Source of the DNA: Mobula hypostoma
Lineage: Eukaryota
Reading direction: 5' to 3'
Assembly (NCBI RefSeq): GCF_963921235.1
Contig: NC_086108.1
Coordinates: 101,062,001-101,126,000, forward strand
Length of the DNA stretch: 64,000 bases
The number at the start of each line of letters is the position of its first letter. Positions within the stretch are counted from its first letter, which is position 1. Positions 38,501 to 50,500 of this stretch are shown here, in pieces. A program made the position numbers and the translations under genes. Under the pieces are notes generated by a model that was not told the DNA's origin, ran no database searches, and was given only the letters and a program-made list of their open reading frames with translations.

Positions 38501-41500
38501 TCTCCTTTGTCCACCTTTTTGTTACTTTCTCAAAGTACCTTAACAAAGTTGTCAGGAAATATTTCCCTTTACAGAAACCATGCTGAATTTACATAAGAAC
38601 ATAAGAAATAGGAGGAGTAGGCCATCTGGCCCATCGAATCTGCCCTGCCAAATTTAACATATTTTATCATTAATCTCCAAGTACCCCAAAACCTCATGCT
38701 TAATAATAGACTCCAACACTTTCCCAACCACTGAGGTTAGGCTAACTGGCCTATAATTTCCTTCCTTCTGCCTTCTTAAAGAGTGGAATGACATTTACAA
38801 TATTCCATTCCTCTGGGACTATGCCAGAATCAAGTGAGCCTTGAAAGATCATGACCTATGCATCCATTATCTCTTCAGCAACCTCTCTCAGGACTCTAGG
38901 TTGTAGTCTATCTGGTCAGGTGGCTTATCCACCTTAAGAATTTGAGTTTGCCTAGCACTTTTTCCGTTGTAATAGCAGTAGAACTCACTCCTACTCCCTG
39001 ACACTAACAGAGCTCTGGCACACTGTTAACGTCTTCCACAGTGAAGACAGATGCAAATTACCCATTAAGTTCATCTGCCATTTCTTTGTCCCCCATCACT
39101 ACTTCATCAGCATAATTTCCTAGCATCCAATACCAACTCTCCCCTCCCCTTTACTCTTCCTATAACAAAAAAAAATGGTATCTTCCCTTATATTATTGGC
39201 TAGTTTGCCTTCATGTTTCATCTTTTCCTTTCTTATAGCTTTTTAGTTGCCTCTTGTTGGATGTTAAAAGCTTCCCAATCATCCAACTTTCCACTCACTT
39301 TTGCTACCTTAATAGCCCTTTCCTTGGTTTTCCTCCAATCCACCTGAGCAAGCTCCTCTCCCATGCCTCTGTAATTCCCTTTATTTAATTGAGATACTGA
39401 TACATGTGACTTACGCTTCTCCCTCTCAAATTGCAGTATGAATTCAATCATATTATGATCTCTGCCTCCTAAGGGTTCCTTTACGTTAAGCTCCCTAATA
39501 AGATCTGGATTAGTACACAACACTCAATCTTAGATAGCCTTTCCTTGAGTAGGTTCAAGTACAAGCTGCTCTAAAAAGCCATCTTGTAGGCATTCAATAA
39601 GTTCCCTTTCTTGTGATTCAACACAAACATGATTTTCCCAATCCCCTTGCATATTGAAATCCCCCATTACAATTGTGACATTACCCTTATTACATGCCTT
39701 CTCCAGCTTCCTTTGCAATCTCAACCTCGCATCTTGGCTATTATTTGGAGGCCTATATATGATTCTCATAATGTGTTATTTTTTACCCTTGTAGTTTCTT
39801 AACTCCATCACAAAGATTCAGCATTCTCTGACCCTATGTCACCTCTTTCTAAAGATGTAATCCCATCTCTTACCAACAGAGCCACACCACTGCCTATGCC
39901 TTCTTGCCTGTCCTTCTGACTTAAAGTATATCCTTTCCTAAGCTCCCAACTATGGCCTTCTTTCAATCACGACTCAGTGATGCCACAACATTATACCAAT
40001 AGATTTCTAGTTGTGCCACGAGTTTGTCAACTTTATTCTGACTGCTACGCACACTTAAATACTGTCCTGCATTCTCGCCCTTTTGAACTTTGCCTCTGTA
40101 GTGCAATTTAGTTCTTTATTCTGGATGCATTTGTGCCCAGTCTTTGGCTTGTTCTTCCTTACATTCATGTTACATCCATCAACTACTTGTAAACCTGCTG
40201 AGTCACCCTCAGCTCTTATCATACTGGTTCCCATCCCCCTGCCATATTAGTTTAAACCACTCCCAACAGCTAACTCTAGTAAACCTGCCCTCAAGAATAT
40301 TGGCTCCACTCCCCCCACCCCCAGATTCAAGTGCAACCCGTCCCTTTTGTACAGGTCCCACCTACTTCAGAAGAGATTCCAATCATCCAGAAATTGAAAT
40401 CTAATCCCTGCTCCCTGCTCCAATTCTTCAGCCATGCATTTATCCACCCCCCCATCCTATTCCTACCTTCACTGTCATGTGGCACAGGAAGCAATCGCGA
40501 GATTACTATCCTTGTGGTCCTGCTTCTCAGCTTTCTTCCTAACTCCCTGAATTCTGTTTTCAGTTCCTCCTCCCTTTTCCTACCTATGTTGTTGGTACCA
40601 ATATATACCACGACTTCTGGATGCTCACCCTGCCTTTTCAGGATATTGTGGACGCATTCAGAAACGTCATGCACTCTGGCACTGGAGAGGCAAGCTACCA
40701 TCCACGTTTCCTTTTTGCGTCCACAGAATCACCTATCTGTCCATCTGACTATAGAGTCCCCGGTTACTGCTGACATTCTCTTCAGTTCCCTAACCCTTCT
40801 GAGCTCGAGGGCCAGACTAGCTGTTGCTTCCACCAGGTACATCGCCCCCCCCCCACCCCCAAGGGTACTAAAAATGGAGTAACACATGCAAAAAGCTGGA
40901 GAAACTCTGCAGGTCGATAGCATCTACAGAGAGGAATACACAGTTGACGTTTTGGGTGGAGAGTCTGCTCTGTGAGTCCCACAGAAGATTCATCATCCAG
41001 CTCATAGTCCGGAGCTCTAGACTGGGAGCAAAACATCTCACACAAAATGCTGGAGGAACTCAGGCAGCTGCAATGGAACAGTTGTCATTTTGGCCAGGAG
41101 GAGCATTTCATACTTACTTTTTGGGATGCTGAAGCCTGCTGTGAAAAATAGGGTGTTATCTGAAGTGAGAATGGATGAGAATACATTTGGACAAATTAGC
41201 CAGAGAAAACAGACAATCAAATAGAAAACAATTGAAAAGCAAAAGCAAGAATACACAACTGGTCAAACAGGACCCAGATGAATGCTTTAGCTATTATAGC
41301 ACATATTTTGATCCATACCTCTGCAGTGCCATTAATCTTAAGACGGGCTGATCTTGCAGACTGATCTATCTTGAAGTCAGAATTACCGTAAGTCTTTCTG
41401 CTGGGGTCATGCACAACTATTACTGGATTCGCTGTCTCCCAATTCACCACAAAAAAGGTGTCATTCCCAATTGTCTTGTCAATAACAACTGTGCCATTCA

Positions 41501-44500
41501 ACCACTCGCTGGTCTCAAAGCTTTTTCCTGAGCTTTCAAGCTAGGACCAAACAAACAGAATTATTACTTTACTGTAATAAAATCAGTAAGTGAAACTAAT
41601 GTTATGTTCCCTAGCTAAGTTGCTGGATGAACTTCAGTTGTGGCTAAATAGCAGAATCTAAAAGGTTAGAACATAGAACATTGAAGAGGACCGTGCAGGA
41701 ACAGGCCATTTGGCCAACAATGTTGAGCCAAACCAGTTAAAAAGCCAGATTAAAACTAATCCCTGCTACTTATGTTATGTCCATATCCCCCCATCTTCCT
41801 TACATTTATGTGCTTATCCAAACATCTCTTAAAAGCCTCTAATGTATTTGCCTTTACCACCATACCAGGCAGCGCATTCCGGGCATCCACTACTCTTAGT
41901 AAAAAACTTACCACTCACATCCCCCTTGAGCCTAACGCCTCTCACCTTCAATGCATGCCCTCTGGTATTAGACGTTTCAATCCTGGGAAACAGATATTCT
42001 CTGTCCACTCTATCTATGCCTCTCATAATCTTGTAAACCTCTATTAGATTTTCCTTCAGCCTCTACCACTCCAGAGAAAAAACCCAAATTTATCCAGTCC
42101 CTCATGATAGCACATGCCCTCTAAATGAGGCAGCATCCTGTTAAACCTCTTCTGCACCCTCTCCAAAGCCTCAACATCCTTCCTAAAGTGGGGTAACCAG
42201 AACTGTACACAGTACTCTAGATATGGCCTTACCAGAGTTTAATAAACTGGCAACAAAACCTCCAGAGCTTTGAATTCAATGCCTTGTAAAAGCAAGCACT
42301 CCAGTAGCCTACTTCATCACCTTGTGGACCTGAGTAGCTACTTTCAAGAAGCTATAAACTAGGATCCTAAGATCTCTCTGCTCAACAGCACTCTTACAGA
42401 CCTTGCCCTTAACAGTATACTGTCTCCTTGTATTTGCCCTACTGAGACACAACACCTCACATTTATCTAGGTTAAACTCCATCTGCCATTTCTCTGCCCA
42501 TATCAAACTGATCTATTTCGCACTCTTTGCCAGTCTTCTACCCTATCCACAACTCCACAAATCTTGGTATCATCTGCAAATTTACTAACCTACCCATCTA
42601 TATTTTCATTCAGGTCATTTATATGCAATACAAATATCAGAGGTCCCAGTGCAGATCCCTGTGGAACACCACTAATTACAGACCTCCAGCTCAAATAAGT
42701 CCCTTTGACAGCTATCCTCTGTTTTCAACACCCAAGCCAGTTCAGAATCTAAACAGCCAATTCGCCGTGGATCCCACATATCTTAATCTTCTGGATTAAC
42801 CTCCCATGAGGGACATTATCAAACATCTTATTAAAATCCATGTATGCAACATCCACTGGCCTACCCTCACAATCTCTCTCATCATCTTGTCAAAAAACGC
42901 AATCAAGTTAAGAAGGAATGACCTGCCACACACAGAGCCTTGCTCACTCTCCCTAATTAGGCCATGGGTTTCCAAATGCTCATATATCCTATCCCTAAGA
43001 ATTTTCATCAGCAATTTCCTGACACTCACATGAAACTCCTGGGTTTATAGTTCCCAGGATTTTCCCTTGTTTCCTTCTTAAATAGAAATACAACATTAGC
43101 CACCCGCCAGTCCTTGCCCTTGGCTAGAGACGGCACAAAAACGTGGGTCAAGGGCTCAGCAATCTCACCTCTTGCCTCCTACAACAACTTGGGGTAAACC
43201 CTATCAGGCCCTGAAGAGTTCTCCACCTTAATACTCATTCAGAGGCCCAACACTTCATCCTCCTTGACCTCGAAACACCCTGATGTATTTATACATTTAG
43301 CACTAACCTCCTGGTCCTCCATAACCTTTTCCTTGGTAAATACTGAAGCATTAAGTACTCATTAAGTATCTCAATCATATTCTCCATATCCAAGCAAATC
43401 TTCCCCCCTTCACATTTGAGTGATCCCACCTTCTCCTTAGTTATCCTTTTACTTGATGTATATATAGAATGCCTTCGGATTCACCTTAATCCTCCATGAC
43501 CGGTCTTCACATTCTTAATTCCCGTCTTCAGTTCTTTTCAGGCTCTTTATACTCCTCATGCTTGGTTTGATCCTGACTTCAGAAGCTTTACACAATTTTT
43601 ATTTTTCCTCTTGACTAAATTCATCACTTCTCTGGACATCAAGGCTTTCTTATCTTTCCATCCCCATCCTTCTTTCTAACAGGAGCCTTTCCTGCACTCT
43701 GCACAATTGCTCTTTAAACACCCTCCACATGTATGATGTGGTCTTGCCTGACAAAAGCTGTTCCCAACTAACTTAATTCCTGCCTAATGCCCTGATAATT
43801 TGCCCTACTCCAACTTAAAACTCTCCCACAAGAGATCATACACTACCTATGGTTAGCTACAGCTATCTTGAAAGTTAAGGAGTTGTGGTTACTGTACCCT
43901 AAACGTTCACCCACTCAAAGGTCAGTCACCTGGCCTCGCTCATTATTCAACACCCGGTCTGGTGTGGCACCCTCCCCTCTCACTGGACCATCCACATATT
44001 GATTTAAGAAACCTTCCTGGATACACTTAACAAAATCACTCCCATCTAAACTCCTTATTCTAAGGTTCCAGTTTATATTAGGGAAGCTGAAATCCCCCAT
44101 GTCAATAACTCTAGTACTTTTACACATTTCCTGAATCTGATTACATATCTGTTCCTCAGCATCCTATTAAGGGGTCTGTAGTACAATCCCATCAATGTGA
44201 TTACACCCTTCCGACTCCTGAGTTCCACCCAAATAGACTCGATGTCTGACCCCTCCATTATGTCTCCACTGAGCGCAGCTGTGATATTGTCCCTGATTAG
44301 TAGTGCAACTCCACCCCCTCTTTTCCTCTTCCTCTATCTTTCCTAAAACTTAGAAAACTTGGTATATTAATCACCCATTCCTGCCCCTCTCTCAGCCACA
44401 TTTCAGTAAAGGCTACAACATTGTAGTTCCATGTACTGATCCATGCTCTAAGTTCATAACCCTTACCCATAATACTCTTAGCATTAAAATATACACACTT

Positions 44501-47500
44501 CAAACTATCTGACTCATCATACCTGTTATTTCGATTTGCCTTTCAGTACTTTTCCTGACATCTACCTTTGAGCCCAATTCTTCCCTTACTGATCTGGGAC
44601 TTTGGTTCCCAGCCCTCTGCAAAACTAGTTTAAACTCTCCCAAGTAGCATCAGCAAACCTCGCAGCCTGGATATTGGTTCCCATTCAGTTCAAGTGCACC
44701 CTGTCCCTCTTGTGCAAGTTATCCCTTCCCCAGAAATGTCCCAAAGTTCCAAGAACTTGAAAACTTGTCCCCATCACCATCTCTGCAGCCACTCATTCAT
44801 CTGTGCTGTTACCCCATTCCTACCTGCACTAGCCCATGGTATAGGGGTAATCCAGAGATTACAACCTTGGAGGTCCTTCTATTCAGCTTCTTTATATACT
44901 CACTGTGTAGGACCTCTTCCCCTTTTCTGCCTGTGTCATTGGTGCCATCCTGGTGTGTCTTTTGCAGCCACAGAATCTCCTTTCTGTCCCCCTTACCATT
45001 GAGTCTCCTGCCACACTGCCTGGCTTTACCCTTCTCTGTCAAGCCTCAGAGCTGGCCACAGTGCCACCAGCCTGGCTGCCGCTGCCGTGATCTGATGGGT
45101 CATTCCCCGCCACCCCCCAGCAGTATCCAAAGGGGTATACTTGTTGCAAGGGGAATGGCCACAGGGGAACCATGCACAGATGGATGGCATGGTATGGAAT
45201 TTGACCATAAGACATAGGAACAGAATTAGGCCATTTGGCCCATCAAGTCTTCACCTCCAATCTACCTTAGGTGATTTATTAACCCTCTCAACCTTATTCT
45301 CCTGCTTTCTTCCCAAAACCTCATACCTGTTCTTTGGTTCTAGATCTCCCCATTACAGGAAACAACCTCTCCACATCCACTCTATCCAGGCCTTTCAATA
45401 TTTAATAGATTTCAAAAGGATCACACCCCCACCCCCATCACCGTTCTTCTAAAGTCCAGCAAGTACAGGCTCGGAGCCATTAAACACTCGTAATATATTA
45501 ACCATTTCATTCCTGAGGTCATTCTCACGTAGCTCCACTGGACCCTCTCCAATGCCAGCATATCCTTTCCTAGATAAGGGGGCCAAAGTTCAAGTTCAAA
45601 GTAAATTTTATTATCAAAGTACATATATGTCATCATGTACAACCCCAAGAGTATTTTTCTTGTGGGCATACTCAACAAATCTATAGAATAGAAACTATAA
45701 CAGAAATAATGAACGACCACCCAACTAGGGCATTCAACCAGACTGCAGAAGAGAACAAACTGTGCCAATGCGAAAAGAAGAAACAATAATAATAAATAAT
45801 AATAAATAAATAAGCAATAAGTATCAAGTACATGAGATGATGAGTCCTTGGTGGTGGAAGCATTTGAATGATGGGGCAAGTGAAGCTGAGTGAAGTAATC
45901 TACTTTGTTCAAGAGTCTGATGGAGCCACACTCAGGTTGGAGGAACAACACCTTATATTCCGTATGGGTAGCCTCCAACCTGATGGCATGAACATTGACT
46001 TCTCTAACTTCCGCTAGGCCCCACCTCCCCCTCGTACCCCATCTGTTACTCTTTTTTATGCACACATTCTTTCTCTCACTCTCCTTTTTCTCCCTCTGTC
46101 CCTCTGAATATACCTCTTGCCCATCCTCTGGGTCACTCCCCCCCCCCGTCTTTCTTCCCGGACCTCCTGTCCCATGATCCTCTCGTATCCCCTTCTGCCT
46201 ATCACCTGTCCAGCTCTCGGCTCCATCCCTCCCCCTCCTGTCTTCTCCTATCATTTTGCATCTCCCCCTCCCCCTCCAGCTTTCAAATCCCTTACTCACT
46301 CTTCCTTCAGTTAGTCCTGACGAAGGGTCTCGGCCTGAAACGTCGACTGCGCCTCTTCCTATAGATGCTGCCTGGCCTGCTGCGTTCACCAGCAACTTTG
46401 ATGTATGTTGCTTGAATTTCCAGCATCTGCAGAATTCCTGTTGTTTGTATTACTAAATGTGCTGGTTTGAGTGCTAACCTTCTTCCTGATGACAGCAGTG
46501 AGAAGAGAGTATGTCCTGGGTGATGGGTGTCCCTGCTGATGGATGCTGCTTTCCTGTGACAGTCTTTCATGTAGATGTGCTCAATGGTTGGGAGAGCTTT
46601 ACCCATGATGGACTCAGCCATGTCCACTACTTCTTGTAGAATTTTCCTTTCAAGGGCATTGGTGTTTCCATACCAGGCTGTGATGTAGCCAGTCAATCTT
46701 CTCTCCACTACAGATCTTTAGAAGTTTGTCAAAGTTCTGGATGTCATATCGAATCTTCACAAACTCCTAAGGAAGTAGAGGCACTGCTGTGCTTTCTTTG
46801 TAATTGTACTTACGTGCTGGGCCCAGGATACACAATTGTCCAAGTACAGTCAGATTTCATGGAGGTAAATTAACGTGGAATTTGTGGCTGTCTAACATCT
46901 CCAGTACAAGGTTCAATCCGGAGCTCTTGTCCACTCTCCCAGTGACTAAATATGTGCTCCTACTTCCCAAAGGTATATTGATAGACGTTTTTGCTGCCTG
47001 ATGATGGTGGCCCCATTGGTGGTAAGTCAATAATGAAACTGGAATTAATGGGAATGTGATGGAATAAATGTTAGGGCTAAAGAGGAAAAGGGAAATCGGG
47101 TGGAGTCATACAGTTATACAATTGTACAGGAGAGAAACGGGCCTTTCAACACATCCAGTCAATGCCATCCTTGTCCTATCTAGCTGCACCCAGCCTATAG
47201 TGCTCCATACTTCTCTCATTCATATACCTATCTAAACTTCTCTAAATGTTACATTTGAAACTGTATGCACTACCTCCAGTGGCAGCTCGTTCCTTATTCA
47301 ATCTTTCCTATAATTTAGGTCCTCAAGTCCCCGCAACATCATTGTAATGATAGATGGGGTTGCTCTGATTTGCAAGGCCTCTTTCAGTGATACAATAATA
47401 CAGCATCTAATTTTATTGTTTGTGGTAATATGGAGGAATAAACTTCATAAATACATGCTATACTCTTTAAACCATTATAGTTTTTGATACAGGTTCCCTT

Positions 47501-50500
47501 GTGTGCCATAATGAATTGCTACAAACCAGGGGAAGTGTGGCTTGGTTCATGGACAATGCTGCAGGAATGAGTCTGGAGCCTCAGGTTGAATAGACAGTTG
47601 GAAGACCACAGGAATAGCAAAGAGGAGAGACTCAAGCAGTTACTAAGATGGATGTCAGACATCCTGGAAGCATTTGGGCAATATGGCCCCTTGGCGTTAA
47701 TATCTCCAATGCAACGGTTTAGGTAGGATCTTACTGAAAAATAATCAAACCTGGATGGACTGTTTCTTGCTGTCACCATTTCCTGATACTAATCCTGTGA
47801 AGGAATCAATTAATCCATTTACATCCACGTTATCAGTTGCTGCAAACTGTAAGCCCCCTGCAGGACAAAAATGACAAATTTTACAATAAGCTCAGCTGTT
47901 ATTTATGCCACATACCAATTGAGAAAAAGTGGGTGGTATGGTATCCTAGCATTTAGTGTAACAATATTATAATGCCAGCATCCAGGTTCAAATCCCACTG
48001 TTGTCTGTAAGGAGTTTGTACATTCACCCCTTGACCATGTGGGATTCGATGAGACCATAAGATATAGCAGCTGAATTAGGACATTTGGCCCATTGAGTCT
48101 GCTCTACCATTCAGTCATGGCCGATCCTTTGTTCCTGTCCTCAGTCCCACTTCCCGTAACTTTTGTTGCAGTGTCCAATCAAGATGATGTCAAGCTCTGC
48201 CATAGATGCATCGAACAACATGGTCTCCACAGCTTCCCATGGTAACAAATTCCACAAATTCACCACCCTCTGGCTAAAGCAATTTCTCCGCATCTCCGTT
48301 TTAAATGGATGCGCCTCCATCAAAGGGGACAAGGTGCCCGTTTGTCCTAGGCTCCTACATCATGGGAAACAACCTTTCCACATCTACTCTGTCTAGGCCT
48401 GACAACATTTGAAAGGTTTCAATGAGATCCACCCCCCCCCCCATCCTTCTAAATTCCAGTGAGTACATGCCCAGAGCCATCAAGGTTCCTCGTATGAGAA
48501 ACTTTTCATTCCCGGAATCATCCTTGTGAACCTCCTCTGAACCCTCTCCAATGCCAGCACATCTTAGATGAGGAGCCCAAAGCTGTTCGCAATATTCATG
48601 TTGAGTCCTCACCACTGCCTTATAAAGCCTCAGCATCATATCTCTGTTCTTTATTCTAGACCTCTTGAAATGAATGCTAATGTTGCATATGCCTTCCTGC
48701 ACCACCGACTCAAAGTGTAAGTTAATCTTTAGGGTGTTCTGCGCAAGGACTCCCAAGTCCATTTGCACCTCAGATTTTTGGATTTTTCTCCCTGTTTAGA
48801 AAATAGTTTACCCATTTATTTCTACCACCAAAGAGAATGACAATGCATTTTCCAACATTGTATTTCATTTGCCACTTTCTTGCCCATTCTCCTAATCTGT
48901 TCAAGTCCTTCTGCAACCTACCTGTTTCCTCAACACTACCTGCCCCTCCACCAATTTTCATGTCATCTGCAAACTTGGCAACAAAGCCATCTATTCCATC
49001 ATCTAAATCATTGATATACAGCATAAAATGAAGCAGTCCCAACACCAACGCCTGCAGACCACCAGTCATTGGCAGCCAACCAGAATAGGATCCTTTGATT
49101 ACCACTTACTGCCTCCTACCATCAGCTAATGTTCTAACCATGCCAGTAACTTTCTTGTAATACCATGGGCTCTTAACTTGGTAAGCAGCCTCATGTGTGG
49201 CACCTTGTCAAAGGCCTAATACAAGTCCAAATATGCAACGTCCACTGCATCCCCTTTACCTATCCTACTTGTAATCTCCTCAAAGAATTCCAACAGGTTC
49301 AACAGACATCCTCACTTTGTCCTTTCTTGTCCTGTGTCACCAAGTACTCCATAACCTCATCCTTAACATTTGACTCCAACATCTTGCTAACCCCTGAGGT
49401 CAGTCTAACTGGTCTTTCTTAAAGAACGGAGTGGCATTTGCAATTTTCCAGTCCTCTGGCACCCTGCCAGTGCTCAACGATTTTTGAATCATTGCTAATG
49501 CCTCCACTATCTCTATGCTACCTCTTTCAGAACTCTAGGGTGCAGTTCATTTGGTCCGGGTGACTTATGTACCTTAGGTCTTTCAGCTTTTTGAGCACCT
49601 TCTCCCTTGTAATAATAATTGCACTCACTTCTCTTTCCTCACACCCTTCAATATCTGGCACAGTGATAGTGTCTTCCAAAGTGAAGACTGATGTAAAATA
49701 CTCATTTAGTTCATCTGCCATCTCCTTGTCCCGTTATTTTTTCTCCGGCCTCATTTTCTAGCGGTCCTATATCTAGTCTCATCTCTCTTATTTTTTACAT
49801 ACTTGTAAATGTTTTTACTATCCACTTTGATATTGTTTGCTAGCTTGCTTTCATATTTCATCCTCCTAATGACTCTTTTTGTTGCTTTTTGTAGGCTTTT
49901 AACAGCTTCTCAATCTATCTTTCCACCAACTTTTGCTGTGTTGTATGCCCTCTCTTTTGCCTTTACATTAGCTTTGACTTCCCTTGTCAACCACGGTTGT
50001 GCTATTTTGCCATTGAGTATTTCTTTGTTTTTGGAATACATGTTTCCTGCACGTTCCTCATTTTTCCCAGAAATGCACACCATTGCCGCTCTGCTGACAT
50101 CCCTGCCAGCAGCTCCTTCCAATTTACTTTTGTCAACTCCTCTCTCAAAACTCTGTAACTTCCTTTACTCCACAGAAATACCGCTACGTCAGATTTCACT
50201 TTCTCCCTAAAAATTTCAATTTGAACCAATCATATTGTGATCCTCTTCCTAAGGGTTCTTTTACCTTCAAGTTCCCTTGAGGCCTCTGGTTCATTACGTA
50301 ACACCCAATCCAGAATAGCTGATCCCCTAGTAGTTACCTCCCATAGTTCACAGTTGTACAGGTTAGTTAATAATCACTTGAGTGTACTTGGGTAGCACTG
50401 GCTTGTTGGGCTGAGAGGGTCTCTTACTGTGCTGCACCTCTAAAAATAAATAAATAAGTCCGAACCAGTAGGATTAAAATGGTCAGGTCTTTCAGTTTTG

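Noticed and set aside
45421..46395. 324-aa minus-strand ORF
   Set aside because: It crosses antisense Penelope, a Rex tail and CR1 fragments; no coherent protein.
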